A stretch of 64,000 nt of DNA from Squalus acanthias (taxonomy: Eukaryota). Below the pieces are notes generated by a model. That model was not told where the DNA came from and did not search any database. It worked only from the letters and a program-made list of their open reading frames with translations. Positions 25,413 through 38,822 of the stretch are shown here, piece after piece. Position 1 is the first letter of the stretch. Each line of letters opens with the position of its first letter. The position numbers and the translations under genes were made by a program. Location: the NCBI GenBank assembly GCA_030390025.1, contig CM059433.1, positions 4,774,001 to 4,838,000 of the forward strand. The letters run 5' to 3'.

Positions 25413-26300
25413 AGAATCATAGAATGGTTACAGCACAGGAGGCCATTTGGCCCGTCGAGCCCGTGCCGGCTCTCTGCAAGAGCACTTCAGCTAGTCCCGC
25501 TCTTTCCCCTGTAGCCCTGCAAATTTTTTTACCTTCAGGTACTTATCCAATACACTTTTGAAAGCCACGATTGAGCCTGCCTCCACCACCCTTTCAGGCA
25601 GTGCATTCCAGATCATAACTGCTCCCTGCATCAAAAAGTTTTTCCTCATGTCGCCTTTGGATCTTTTACCAATCACCTTAAATCTGTGTCCTCTGGTTCT
25701 CGAACCTTCCGCCAATGGGAACAGTTTCTCTCTCTCTACTCTGTCCAGACCCCTCATGATTTTGAACACCTCTATCAAATCTCCTCTCAACCTTCTCCGC
25801 TCTAAGGAGAACAACCCCAGCTTCTCCAGTCTATCCACATAACTGAAGTCCTTCATCCCTGGAACCATTCTTGTAAATGTTTTCTGCACCCTCTCCAAGG
25901 TCTTCACATCCTTCCTAAAGTGCGGTGCCCAGAATTGGACACAATACTCCAGTTGAGGACAAACCAGTGTTTTATAAAGGTTCATCATAACTTCCTTGCT
26001 TTTGTACTCTAAGCCTTGATTTATGAAGCCCAGGATCCCTTATGCTTTTTTAACCGCTTTCTCAACCTGTCCTGCCACCTTCAACGATTTGTGCACATAT
26101 ACCCCCAGGTCTTTCTGTTCCTGCACCCACTTTAGAATTGTACCCTTTAGTTTATATTGCCTCTCCTCATTCTTCCTACCAAAATGTATCACTTCGCACT
26201 TTTCTGAGTTAAATTTCATCTGTCACATGTCCGCCCATTTCACCAGCCCATGTCCTCTTGAAGTCTATCACTATCCTCCTCACTGTTCACTATACTTCCA
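25413..26300 (-). mobile_element. CR1 3' portion
   Basis: [20 protein letters not shown].... Confidence 0.95.
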
Positions 26301-26446
26301 AGTCTTGTCCCATTGTGTTGGCACTAAGGAATCGAATAATTCAACAAGTGTCATCCAACGTGAATAACTCAATCTTTAAGAAGTCAGAAGTTCCATAAAT
26401 AAGCATCTTCGACAGATATTTTTCACTTTTGGGTATTTATTCTAGA

Positions 26447-26557
26447 AAGAAAGACTTGCATTTATATAGCACCTTTCACGACCTCAGGACGTCCCAAAGC
26501 ACTTTACAGCCAATGAAGTACTTTTGAAGTGTAGTCACTATTGTAATGTAGGAAACT
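26447..26557 (-). mobile_element. SacSINE1-like 3' tail
   Basis: gaaagaaagacttgcatttatatagc.... Confidence 0.7.
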
Positions 26558-26996
26558 GCCATATTTCTTACCATGAAGTGATTTACCACAATTTTAACTC
26601 TTATCAGCCTATAATGATAAGCAATTTAAGAATTTTACTAAAATCTGTCGTGTTACATATGGTTTAAATGCATTTTTTTTTTTTTTTAATTACAGACCAC
26701 GTGTGTGTCTGATGTCATTTAAACCCCAAAATATGGTGACCAGCGGCAGAAAAAAAATTCAAAGAACCAAAATGTAATTAGTACCAGGAGTCCGAGGAAA
26801 GTCTTCAGATTGTTCAGCATGGCTCAGTAATTGACAGCAATAGGAGGTGAAACAATAACTTGTGCAGAGTGAAATCTCCCTTACCTACCATATAGTGAGG
26901 AGCGGGGCGCTGGGAGGGTGGGGGCTGATCTTCTTCTGGATAACGGAAATTGGCAAATAATCAAGAATCCCAAATTTTGGTCCAACGCTTATGGTA

Positions 26997-27562
26997 CAGG
27001 TTGAGCGTCCTGAATCCGGCAACCTCCGGGACCGAGGCCAAGCCGGTTTTCGTGTTTTTCCGGACTTCGGAACGTGTTTCTGATGTCCGAAGTCCGGAAA
27101 TATCGCAACCTGGGCTCGGGCGTTTCCGGACTTCGGACATCAGAAACCCGTTCCGAGTCCGGAAATGCCTGGGCCGCTCCGCGTAGCGCTGACGCGTTTC
27201 TCCGGCCCTCCCCTTCTGTTAAAGGGGAGGGACGCTGCGAGCTCTGCAGAGCATCCGATGGCCCACACTAGGCCACCAGGGCGGCGTGGTGCCGTGGCCG
27301 CAGCCTGGCGGAAACACTTAGTGGAGCTGTGCAGATTAAGGAGGATAAAACACAACACTATCAAGTTTTATTGCATCACTCGCATTTTTCATAGGATTTT
27401 TAAAAAAAAGACAACAAAAGTTGATGGCTTTTTGAAGTACAGGTTGAGTGTCCAAAATCCGGAGTTCCGGATCCCAGAACATTTTACGGATTCTGGACGA
27501 CCCTGCCACCAACTGTCCCGGAGTCCGGATTCCGGAACTCTGGATTTTGGACGCTCAACCTG
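26997..27562. mobile_element. Tigger/pogo-like MITE composite
   Basis: TA|CAGGTTGAGCGTCC at 26997, TA|CAGGTTGAGTGTCC at 27440, and GGACGCTCAACCTG|TA ending at 27562. Confidence 0.8.
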
Positions 27563-27814
27563 TATATCATTATCTTAGAAAATGAAGGCAAATGCAATAC
27601 AAATAGCAAATTCAAATTAATCTTTCTCGGGCTGTGAGTTTTGTTTATGTCAGACAGAAGGCTACGGCTGTTACACAAGGTCATTTCTCACTGAAGGCTT
27701 GATCACACAAAATTTCCGACGGATAACTGGTGCGTAGATAATGGAGGTTCCACTGTAGGCAATGTTATAGACCAACTAGATCATTTGGCAAATAAGGATC
27801 AATTTGAATCAACC

Positions 27815-28205
27815 GATAGCCTCGGAGTCAAAAGGTTGTGGTTTCAAGCCCTACTCCAGGATGTGAGCGCAAAAATCGAAGCTGACACGTGACGTGCAAT
27901 CAATGCTGCATTGTCAGAGGTCCTGTCTTTTGGATGAAACATTAAACCAAGGGCAAGTCTGCCTGTTCCAGTGGACCTTAAAAAAAATACCGTGGCACTT
28001 TTCAAAGAAGAGCAGGGAGTTCTCCTGTTATTCGGGCCAGCAAGGTCCCTCAACCAGCATCAATGATAGTTTAACTGCCCATTCATCTCACTGCCGTTTG
28101 TGGGAGGCTGCTGTGTACAGAATGACGGCCACATTCACCTACGTGATTGCAAATTACTGTGTGTGAAGTACACTGGGACATTTCCAAGGGCCACACAAAG
28201 GCAAG
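27815..28205 (+). mobile_element. SacSINE1-like SINE, diverged
   Basis: Similar to 38383-38822. Confidence 0.65.
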
Positions 28206-28967
28206 TTATTTTTTGCAAGCTGGGTAAACTATAAAAGCGGAGGGGAAAATTGGGAAATGGTGCCTGTGCTAAATTGAATTTTCACACTCCAATGGACTAA
28301 TTTTAGATCTGTAAAAATACAACACATCATCTCCCTGGTAACAGACTTGTCAACACAAAGGTTAACAGGAGTTGCACAAGATGCTCTACAAGGCAGCAGT
28401 CACTTCATTACCAGCATCTGAAACCCAAAAGTAAAATCACTCACCCTAAAGGGAGGATAAATTAATGAGTTAAAATAACACTGATAGAGGTTAAATTTCT
28501 GAGCGAGTACTCCCAATTATCTGCTGTAACTTCAATGGAAGAGCCACAGAAATCGGGAAGAAATTGCACACACAGTGTGTACACCATTTCTCTGGGGTTT
28601 CTGCATATCGTCTGCCAAAGTTACATTGTGCGATCAGGAGCGTTTTTCTTTACGTGTGAGGACCAAAAAAGCTAAATATTTACTTGTAACTGTGGTGAAG
28701 AGTGAAGAGAGACTGCAGACTCTGTTACCGAGGAAAGGAAAGTGCAAATTATGCCCAGACCTCTGGCTCAGTCAAACTAAAGCCTGTCTGAACAACTGAA
28801 TGTGGAAGAGGCTGCATTCATTAACGGTTGAGGGAAGTCTTTCATATTCTAAGTTGGTTCAGTCTGACGAGACCAGTTGCCAAATAGGATATAGAAGTGC
28901 CTGACCCTTTCAAGTGATATCACGTATCAAGTATAAAGAGGGTCTGGGGGGGGGGACGCAGGAAAAC

Positions 28968-29705
28968 TCGGGGGAAAAACTGGGTCGCACCCCCTTTGGG
29001 CCGATAACTTCGCCGGGGCGCTACTTTTATCGCCCGGAAAAAGTTCGCGCCCCTGTGCCCGAAATTGAATGGTAGCGCCCCAAGCAGGAGGCGGGGTATG
29101 ACTGGAAGTGCTCCCCCTCCCCCTTGGGGCACTTCCATTGAATATCACGGCGCTACTTGCAACAGTGCCACGCACATCGGCACATAGCGCCGCGATATTA
29201 CAGGCCTTCCCCCCGCCCACCGATTAAAGGGGAGGGGCCTAGCGCAGTGCGACCCGGGGCCCTGCTGGACCACCAGGGAGCGGAGTGCCGGCAAATGAGC
29301 CCGGCACTCCTCTTGATCGCGGCCGGCACCCCACAGGAGGAGGCGAGAGGGGGGCAGGTGCTGGCAGGAGGCCCAAAAAATGGCCACCCAGCACCTGCCC
29401 TTTAATTATCGCCGCCCCAGCCGTAAAAATGCCCCCCTGACCCTGTCGGACATGGCGTCCGGCGGTAGGTCAGGGGGCGCAAGCCAGGTTTGCGGCCGGG
29501 GCGCGAGCGGGGCACTGCGCACGGCGATGACGTCATCGGTGGAGGCGCAGCGCCACGGGGCGCTACCGGCTACCGCTAACCTCACGCTGAATTTTGCGGG
29601 AGGCGCTAGCGGTGCCGCGCCCGGGCGCTAGGGGCTTTGTCCCCGCCCCCACCCCCCCCCCCCCCAAATCGGGGCACTAACAGGAGGCGCAAAGCAACCC
29701 AAGTT
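28968..29705. mobile_element. GC/CpG-rich non-autonomous Harbinger-like element
   Basis: Left end gggggaaaaactgggtcg. The right end (rc aaacttgggttgctttgcgcctcctgttag) resembles the 17470 terminus. Confidence 0.55.
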
Positions 29706-29870
29706 TAGTTTACCAATTTTTTTTTTAAGGTACTGAGGCTTTTATTTTTGAGTTAATTTGGTACTTACACCAGTTATCTGCCTGTAAGTGTTTTAAAAGT
29801 GTATTTGGACTTTGATACGGCAAGTTCTCATGAGCACAGTTAGAATTCCAGATGCAGTGGATAATTTTAC

Positions 29871-30138
29871 CCTTTAAATCGTGCATTTGCAGCATTCGGT
29901 GTAATTCTGTAAATATTTTGTTCTAGTCCTCTTTGGACAAACCACTTGCTGCTTTCTGCCTGAATCTGAAAAAAAGTGGATTAAAAGCAGATCCTGTATG
30001 TGTGGTTGAGAAGGGAGAAAAAAAGCTTCCATAACCCTGGCACGAACTACTGTCTTATCTGCAGGATTATTCCACGCACTGCTTTTTATAACCATGTTTA
30101 TATGCCTGGCATTGGGAATCATTACTGGATCCAAGTTC
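29871..30138 (-). other. Candidate exon pair (30036-30138 and 29871-29965) of an unidentified transcript
   Basis: Acceptors tttctttagtag and ctttttttcag. Phase-compatible open frame NLDPVMIPN...RAR|IQAESSKWF...RFK across a 70-nt intron. Confidence 0.3.
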
Positions 30139-30344
30139 CTACTAAAGAAACAGTAGGAAGATAAGTAATAAAACTCTACATATTTACACAAATAGCAGAT
30201 TGAAGAGTGGTTGGGGTGAGGATGGGAAACAAAAATATAAGATGGAAAGGTCAAGGTCCCGTAAAATGGAAGAAAATTGAACAAGAATACAAAATTATTT
30301 CAGAATGGCTTTTTGAAATATTCAATGTTACCTTCCTGGTTAGT

Positions 30345-30910
30345 AGGAACATAGGGACAGGAGGAGACCATTCAGCCCCTCGAGCCTGTTCCACCATTCA
30401 ATGAGATCATGGCTGATCTGCAACCTAACTCCACATACCTGCCTTTGCCCCTTATCCCTTAATACCTTTGGTTAACAGAAATCTATCAATCTTAGATTTA
30501 AAATTAACAATTGATCCAGTATCAATTGCCGTTTGCGGAAGAGAGTTCTAAACTTCTACCGCCCTTTGTGTGTAGAAGTGTTTCCTAATTCCACTCCTGA
30601 AAGGTCTGGCTCTAATTTTTAGACTATGCCCCCTAGTCCTAGACTCCCCAACCAGCAGAATTAGTTTCTCTCTATCTACCCTATCTGTTCCCTCTTCAAA
30701 ACTTCGATCAGATCACCCCTTAACCTTCTAAATTCCAGGGAATACAACTCTAATTTGTGTAATCTCTCCTCGTAATTTAACCCCTGGATTCCGGTTATCA
30801 TTCTGGTAAACCTACGCTGCACTCCCTCCAAGGCCAATATATCCTTCCTAAGGTGTGGTGCCCAGAACTGCTCACAGTGCTCCAGGTGTGGTCTAACCAG
30901 GGCTTTGTAT
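30345..30910 (-). mobile_element. CR1 3' portion
   Basis: rc encodes [16 protein letters not shown] and RTRGHSLK, plus 3' UTR. Confidence 0.85.
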
Positions 30911-31067
30911 TGCGGAGTGTAGCAGAGGCATTCCTGGGGCTGTGCCTGAGATCAGGGGTGTTCCGACACTGAGGCAATGACATAGGGCGGTGAGAGAGAG
31001 CAGCAAGGTTGCAACTGCAAAACATGTAGCATGTTTAGACTAGCGTTCTTTATTATGGTAAAAGATC

Positions 31068-31330
31068 CCATGGGCACTATTTCGAAGAAGAGCAGGGGAG
31101 TTCTCCCCGGTGTCCTGGCCAATATTTATCCCTCAACCAACATCACTAAACAGATTATCTGGTCATTATCACATTGCTGTTTATGGGAGCTTGCTGTGCG
31201 CAAATTGGCTGCCGCGTTTCCCACATTACAACAGTGACTCCACTTCAAAAGTACTTCATTGGCTGTAAAGCGCTTTGAGAAGTCCGGTGGTCATGAAAGG
31301 CGCTATAGAAATGCAAGTCTTTCTTTTTTT
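31068..31330 (+). mobile_element. SacSINE1-like SINE 3' half
   Basis: Deu-type core and tail. Confidence 0.8.
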
Positions 31331-31371
31331 TCATTATATAATACAAACCCTCGAAAATGGTTATTTACTTC

Positions 31372-33068
31372 GGGGGAATTTTACAGGGGCACAGCGGGCG
31401 GGTTGAGTGGGGGAAAAAAAATTTCTGACAGCGGGTCGGGAACCCGCCGTCACACAACTTTCCCAGATGTCGGGTCTGTCAGGGCTGAACAGACCCGACA
31501 TGCAGCGACGGGGGAGGCAATTCAGGTCATTATGACCTTGTTAACAGCCCATTAAACAGTATTTTGAGCTCACCGTACCATTTTACGAGGTCACTCACGG
31601 GGTCCACGCTGCTCGGGGATCACGTCAGGTAAGGAGGTCGGGAGTTGAATCAGCATGGATTCATCTCATTACTTGACAGCTGAAAATGTGCTATAAAATT
31701 ACCCATCTCTCAGCTGTTCACTTTCCAAGCTCAGAAGCTGTTGCTTACTGCATTTGGAAGATAGATTGCGCTTTATGCAGGTTGCAAATGTTTGGAGCAA
31801 ACTCTCCATCCAGTGTCACCTCATTCGAACAACCTCTCTCACCATTGACAGATCGCTTCTGTCATCTCAAGTTCCCCTGCCATCTATTCCACCAGCATCG
31901 GTGCCCTTGAAAAAATCTCACCTTGGTCCTCAGAATCCCACCACGATCAGCCCCAACACCAGCAGCACCAACAACAACACCAACCTTCTCCGCAATCAAC
32001 TGATGCTGCACAGGACACAGGGAATCATCACCTAACCACATTGCTGCCCGGGAGGCCAGTGATGGCCTCACCATGGCCAGATTTACTTCACGTAACACTG
32101 TACACCCTGGCTGCCACATGATGCACCAGGTTGGCACCACCCCACACCAACACCATAAAGCATCCCTACCATGCCCAAGCCATTCCTTTCACACTCATCA
32201 CCATTGCGGGGGGTACCGTTATGTCTTACCATTCACTGCAACTCACTAAGCCACTTTCAAAGGTGCACACAAATCTGTCCAAGAACGCAAAGTGTTGAAA
32301 ATAAGGGTTTCAATGTTTGACACCACATTAACAGAAACTTTCCATGAACATTGCATAAAACACACAAGTGCCTACCCTTGTGTGTTGTTAGTTGGTATGA
32401 TTGCACTAGGATGAGGGCGAGTGTGAGGGGTGGCTAGTGAGATGGGGAAGTGATAAAGTAGATAGAGAGGGATGGGTGGAGGTGCAAGGTAAGTTGGTGT
32501 GAGTAAGGATGTGCAGGAGTAGGGTAGGGAAGGCAGAGTGATGGGGATGTGATGAGAGGCACAGCAGGATGAGGCCGAGTGTGGCTTTGCAGTAACTTTT
32601 CGTGATCTACTGAGATCATTGAAACGTTTGCGGCACTGCAGCCTGGTCCTCCTGACGACATCCCAGCTTGTGCCCTCCTCTGCAATGTGCAAACAGGCTG
32701 CGTTGGTCTCCTGGGGAGGTCTCTTCCGCCCATGGGAAGGGAGGAGGACCTCCCTGCGTGCTGTCATGGGAGAGCCTGGGTGCAAACCTCTGCCTCTGTG
32801 CAGGGCTTGTCGGTGTTTGCAGCACCTCAATGCTGTAGAACACTGACAGCACAAATCTTAAAATAAATTTGGCCATGGTCCCTTTAAGGAAACCAGCTCA
32901 TGACGCTTCATCAGACCCGCTTCCTTTTAATTGGCCGGCAAACGTGCTGGGCGGGGCTTAACAAGCCCAATCAGCGTAAAAGCATTTTGGACAGCGGGCT
33001 GGAGCCAGCAGCGGGGTCGGAACCCGCCATCGCCCAGCCCGGACCCACTGAGGTAGGGGAAATCGCGA
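31372..33068. mobile_element. Internally deleted Harbinger element, convergent layout
   Basis: 32600-32770(-) gives RREVLLPSHGRKRPP...RRTRLQCRKRFNDL (Myb/SANT). 31890-32095(+) ends HIAAREASDGLTMARF (transposase C-terminus-like). Confidence 0.6.
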
Positions 33069-33442
33069 CCACAACGTTTCCTGTCAAAATTACCTCAGGT
33101 AGAGTTGAGAGATTCAAAGTTTTACTCTGAAATCTTGTAATATTCACTGTTAATGGCTTCCCGGCTTTTTGGTGCTGTCAGTTCTTTTTCATCGCCAGGT
33201 GATTGGAAGCGGGTGGGGAGTCGGCTTACAAAGAGCGAGTCTTGGCACACACTGAATGGCCAGTGCTGCCATCGAAATAAATTTGCGCGTGGTCCCTTTA
33301 AGGAAACCGGCTGATGACGCGTCATCAAATGATGTCATCAGACCAGCTTCCTTTTAATTGGCCGGCAAACGCGCTGGGCGGGGCTTAACAAGCCCAATCA
33401 GCGTAAAATCATTCTGCAGTGTGGGCTGGAGCCAGCAGCGGG

Positions 33443-33610
33443 GTCATTATCACATGGCTGTTTGTGGGAGCTTGCTGTGCGCAAATTGGCTGCCGTGTTT
33501 CCCATATTACAACAGTGACTCCACTTCTAAAGTCCTTCATTGGCTGTAAAGCACTTTGAGACGTCCGGTGGTCATGAAAGGAGCCATAGAAATGCAAGTC
33601 TTTCTTTCTT
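33443..33610 (+). mobile_element. SacSINE1-like 3' part
   Basis: Deu-type tail. Confidence 0.75.
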
Positions 33611-34304
33611 TATAAATCCTGGTGTTGTGCATGTTGTCTGCCCCAAAATGTCACTTAGATTCAGAAGGAAGGCGGCTGGAAGCTGCATTCTGGGAATTGA
33701 GCGCAGAGTGACACTGGTGGATGCTGGGAATTGTTGTGTGCTCCGTCATTGAGCCTCTTTAAATCAGAGTCACTGATCGTTGATCTAGTGGTCGCTGTGG
33801 GAAGCCTCACGAATTCAAGTCCCAGCGACCTGAGAGGCGGCAGGCTCCAGAGAAAAATATTGTTGCAGATATTTTAAGTACAAAAAAGGAAACTGTATGG
33901 GAAGTTAACTGATTTTATTGTGAATTACAATGTTATTTATTTAAGTTACAACCCTTATTAATTTTTTTTTAGAAAGAAAGAACTGGCATTTATATATCAA
34001 GGACGTTCCAAAGCACTTGACTTACTTTTGAAGTGTAGCCACTGCGGCTGAACAGATTTTCAAAAAATATTGTGTGATTACATTGGTTCTTCTCTCCACC
34101 TGGGCAAGTTGTTTTATTGGTAGCTGTTTGTCGACTACTAATTCTTGATTGGTAGTTTCTGTACCTCTTTGGTACTTCTGGATTCGTATTTTCCTTCTCA
34201 GTTGCGATTTGTTAATTGATAGGTTCCTTACTTGTGTCTGTGTAATTTGTTGTTGTTTTATGAATATGACAAGACAGGTTTAAGTACGACACATACTCAG
34301 CATA

Positions 34305-36017
34305 TAGAAACATAGAAGATAGGAGCAGGAGTAGGCCATTCGGCCCCTCGAGCCTGCTCCGCCATTCAATGAGATCATGGCTGATCATCCAAACTCAGTA
34401 CCCTGTCCCTGCCTTCTCCCCATATCCCTTGATCCCTTTAGCCTTAAGAAATAAATCTAACTCCTTCTTGAATATATTTAATGAATTGGCCTCTACTGCC
34501 TTCTGTGGTAGAGAATTCCACAGGTTCACCACTCTCTGGGTGAAGAAATTCCTCCTCATCTCTGTCCTAAATGGCTTACCCCTTATCCTTAGACTGTGAC
34601 CCCTGGTTCTGCACTCCCCCGCCATCGGGAACATCCTTCCTGCATCTAGTCTGTCTAGTCCTGTTAGAATTTTATAAGTTTCAATGAGATCCCCTCTCAT
34701 TCTTCTAAACTCGAGCGAATACAAGCCCAATCGTCCTAATCTCTCTTCATACGTCATTCCTGCCATCCCAGGTATCAGTCTGGTGAATCTTCGCTGCACT
34801 CCCTCCATGGCAAGAACATCCTTCCTCAGATAAGGCGACCAAAACTGCACACAATACTCAAGGTGTGGTCTCACCAAGGCCATGTACAACTGCAGCAAGA
34901 CATCCTTGCTCCTGTACTCGAATCCTCTCGCTATGAAGGCCAACATACCATTTGCCTTTTTAACCGCCTGCTGCACCTGCATGCTTACCTTCAACGACTG
35001 GTGCACAAGGACTCCCAGGTCTCGTTGTACTTTCCCTTTTCCCAATCTATTGCCATTCAGATAATAATCTGCCTTCCTGTTTTTGCCACCAAAGTGGATA
35101 ACCTCGCATTTATCCACATTATACTGCATCTGCCATGCATCTGCCCAATCACCCAACTTGTCCAAATCATACTGGAGTTTCTCTGCATCTTCCTCACAAC
35201 ACACACGCCCACCCAGCTTTGTGTCGTCTGCAAACTTGGAGATATTACATCTAGTTCCCTCGTCTAGATCATTAATATATATTGTGAATAACTGGGCTCC
35301 TAGCACCGATCCCTGCGGTACCCCACTAGTCACTGCCTGCCACTCGGAAAAAGACCCATTTATTCCAACTCTTTGCTTCCTGTCTGCCAATCAGTTCTCT
35401 ATCCAAGTCAGTACCTTACCCCCAATCCCATGTGCTTTAACTTTACACGCCAATCTCTTATGCGGGACCTTATCGAAAGACTTCTGAAAGTCCAAATACA
35501 CCACATCCACTGGTTCTCCCTTATCTATTCTACCAGTTACATCCTCAAAAAATTCCAGTAGATTAGTCAAGCATGATTTACCTTTTGTAAATCCATGTTG
35601 ACTTTGTCCGATCCTGTCACTGTTTTCCAAGTGCTCTGCTATTACATCTTTTATAATGGACTCTAGCATTTTCCCCACTACCGATGTCAGGCTTACCGGT
35701 CTATAATTACCCATTTTCTCTCTCCCACCTTTTTTAAATAGTGGGGTTACATTAGCTACCCTCCAATCCATGGGAACTGTTCCAGAGTCTATAGAATTTT
35801 GGAAGATGACCAGCAATGCATCTACTATTTCTAGGGCCACTTCCTTAAGTACCCTAGGATGTAGATTATCAGGCCCTGGGGATTTATCGGCCTTCAATCC
35901 CGTCAATTTCCCTAACACCATTTCCCTACAAATACTGATTTCATTCAGTTCTTCCCTCTCATTAGACCCTATGTTCCCCGACATCTCTGGGAGGTTATTT
36001 GTGTCCTCCTTTGTGAA
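34305..36017 (-). mobile_element. CR1/HER1 LINE, RT region to 3' end
   Basis: KSPGPD, NYRPVSLTS, QHGF, FADDTK motifs, with one in-frame stop at ~35391. Confidence 0.97.
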
Positions 36018-36254
36018 CACTTTTAAGTGTGACATTGAGGTGTGACAGAAGCATGCAAAACTTTTGTACATCCATCTACCTTCCGTGGAAGATTTGCAGA
36101 AACCCCAGAGACACAGGCGGACAATTGGACAAATCGTGGAAATTAATGATGATGGCCTCTGCTTCAATCGCTAACTGTGGTAGTGCATTCCACAACCGTC
36201 GGTGTAAAGACTGTCTCCTGCTCCCTGTCCTAAATCTCTTATAAGATTAAATGT

Positions 36255-36617
36255 AAGAACATAAGAAATAGGAGCAGGAGTCGGCCATTTAGCCCCTCGA
36301 GCCTGCTCCGCCATTCAATAAGATCATGGCTGATCTGATCTTGGCCTCAACTCCACTTTCCCGCTCTCCCCCCATAACCCTCGACTCCCCTGTTGCTCAA
36401 AAATCTGTCTATCTCCACCTTGAATATATTCAATGACTCCGCCTCCACAGCTCTCTGGGGTAGAGAATTCCAAAGATTCACGACCCTCTGAGAGAAGAAA
36501 TTCCTCCTCATTCCAGTCCTAAATGGGTGACCCCTTATCCTGAGACTATGCCCCTAGTTCTAGATACCCCCACGAGGGGAAACACCCTCTCAGCATCTAC
36601 CCTGTCAAGCCCCCTCA
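36255..36617 (-). mobile_element. CR1 3' end
   Basis: Starts with the aagaacataagaaataggagcagg tail (rc). Confidence 0.9.
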
Positions 36618-36644
36618 ATGAAAAAAACTCCATGTTCATCTGAC

Positions 36645-36885
36645 GAGGGCCATGGAGGGATTTGAAAACAAGGATGAGAATTTTGAAATCGAGGCGCTGC
36701 TTAACCGGGAGCCAATGTAGGTCAGCGAGCACAGGGGAGATGGACGAACGGGATTTGGTGCCAGTTAGGACACGGGCAGCCGAGTTTTGGATAACCTCAA
36801 GTTTACGTAGGGTGGAATGTGGGAGGCCAGCCAGGAGTGCGTTGGAATAGTCAAGTCGAGAGGTAACAAAGGCATGGATGAGGGT
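36645..36885 (-). mobile_element. L2 LINE RT C-terminal fragment
   Basis: LIHAFVTSRLDYSNALLAGLP...LHWLPVKQRLDFKIL. Confidence 0.9.
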
Positions 36886-37594
36886 TAAATAATGGGAATC
36901 CCCCTTTTTGATTGGTTGGGCTGTCCCACGTGATCCCAGGGACACTTGCGAACCGCCTGCGCCCCTGGGATACGTGGGCCTTTACGCAGGCCTACACCTG
37001 CAGGCCCAGGAGCGCGAGTCTTCGTAGGTCCGCGGCCATCGGATAAGTACGGATTTTTACTTGCGGTTCGGAGGCATTCGCCCGCGGGCAGCAATTTCAG
37101 GTCCATTAAAATGTTAAATAAGTACTTTCTTTAGGACTGAAAGCAGAACGTTCTTCTTCAGACAAAGCCTGACCAACGCACGGCATGAGCGCCGAGATGG
37201 AGTAAAAGATCCAAAAATTCCTAGAAACATTTCAAAACGAATTGGTTGCTGCAATGGGGTGGGGGGGGGCGGGGACTTTGGGGTCGTTCTGCATGGATTA
37301 ACGAAGGGGTCAAATGGCCTTCCTCATCTGTAATCATCCTTTGACCTTATGATCTGACTGGCATCCTTGGATAAATTAAATACAATCGAGCTACTTTCAG
37401 GAAAACACCACAAAGCAATGAGTCTGACCACCAAGATTCTGGAATGTCCCCTAATTATCAGAAATTGAGGCTGTCGTTATACTACAAATACAAGCCTCAG
37501 ACTTTGCTTGGATGCATGTTCAGAGCTTCAGTCCACAGTACAAAATCAAATCAGTGGCAGGCAACCTACTGGAGATAGTTGGAATATCAGTTTC

Positions 37595-37765
37595 TTGACT
37601 TGGAAATATATCGGCCGTTCCTTCATTGTTCAAGATCCTGGAACTCCCTCCCCAACAGCACCACACGGACTGCAGCGGTTCAAGGCAGCGGCTCACCACC
37701 ACCTTCTCGAGGGCAATAAATGCCGGCCTTGCCAGCGAAGGCCACGTCCCGTGAACAAATAAAAG
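37595..37765 (+). mobile_element. LINE family B 3' end
   Basis: GLQRFKAAAHHHLLEGN. Matches 41765-41965. Confidence 0.8.
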
Positions 37766-38120
37766 AGAAAGGTTTCACAACATTTGTTTTTAGTGCAGTC
37801 AGAAGTCAAATCTGCTGACCTGACTCCAGAGTCACACTGACACTTTCACGTTGGTGCACACCCAAACTGGTGTTCATTGGCACAAAAGCGTTCATGTAAC
37901 TGCAGCCCAACGATACAATGGCAGACACTGAATTGTCCTAAAGTAGGCAATCGTATTTGAGTATTTGTTGACAATGCTCAAAATGTATTACTCAAGTCCC
38001 GAGTTAGGCCACAGTTAAGGCTACAATGCTATATACACCCAAACTTCTATGTCTACTTGACAGGTCTTTGTTCTGTTGAGGAACTTTGTAAGACCTGTGA
38101 CAAACAGACTAATTACTCAT

Positions 38121-38285
38121 GAAATAACAACAGAAAACGCAGGAAAAACTGATGTCTGACGAAAGGTCTTCGACCTGAAACGTTAACTCTGTTTCTCTCT
38201 CCACGGATGCTGCCTGGCCTGCTGAGTTTTTCCAGCGTTTTCTGTTGTTATTTCGGATTTCCAGCATCCGCAGTATTTTGCTATC
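38121..38285 (+). mobile_element. Penelope terminus with hammerhead core and short inverted flank
   Basis: CTGACGA at 38156-38162 ...GAAACGTT. 38121-38150 is inverted relative to 38224-38254. Confidence 0.65.
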
Positions 38286-38382
38286 GTAATTACTCATGAG
38301 CTGTTCTTCGCAGGTGTTAAGGACATCAAATAATATGAACTCTGTCAAATGCTGCATTGACGACTGCAGAGGAATGAGATTT

Positions 38383-38822
38383 CAGCCGTGGCTCAGTGGG
38401 TAGCACCTCGTCTCTCGAGTCAGAAGGCTGTGGATTCAAGTCCCACTCCAGGGACTAGAGCACAAAAATCTAACCTGACACTCCAGTGCAGTGCTGAGGG
38501 AGTGCTGCACCGTCGGAGGTGCCGTCTTTCGGATGAGACATTAAACCGAGGCTCCGTCTGCTCTCTCAGGTAAACGCAAAAGATCCCAGGGCACTATTTC
38601 GAAGAAGAGCAGGAGAGTTCTCCCCGGTGTCCTAGCCAATATTTATCTCTCAATCAACATCAGTAAAACAGATCTTCTGGTCATTATCACATTGCTATTG
38701 GTGGGAGCTTGCTGTGTGCAAATTCACTGCCGCGTTTCCCACATTGCAACAGTGACTCCACTTCAAAAAAGTACTTCATTGGCTGTAAAGCGCTTTGGGA
38801 CGTCCAGTGGTCGTGAAAGGTG
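38383..38822 (+). mobile_element. SacSINE1/DeuSINE-like SINE, near full length
   Basis: tRNA-like head (gtggctcagtgg; gattcaagtccc), Deu-type core and L2-like tail. Confidence 0.85.

Noticed and set aside
28968..29705. CpG island or promoter
   Set aside because: Its termini resemble the 17470 element end, so a transposon explains it better.
34863..35487. Plus-strand ORFs over CR1 (and similar ones elsewhere)
   Set aside because: Antisense shadows of LINE RT.
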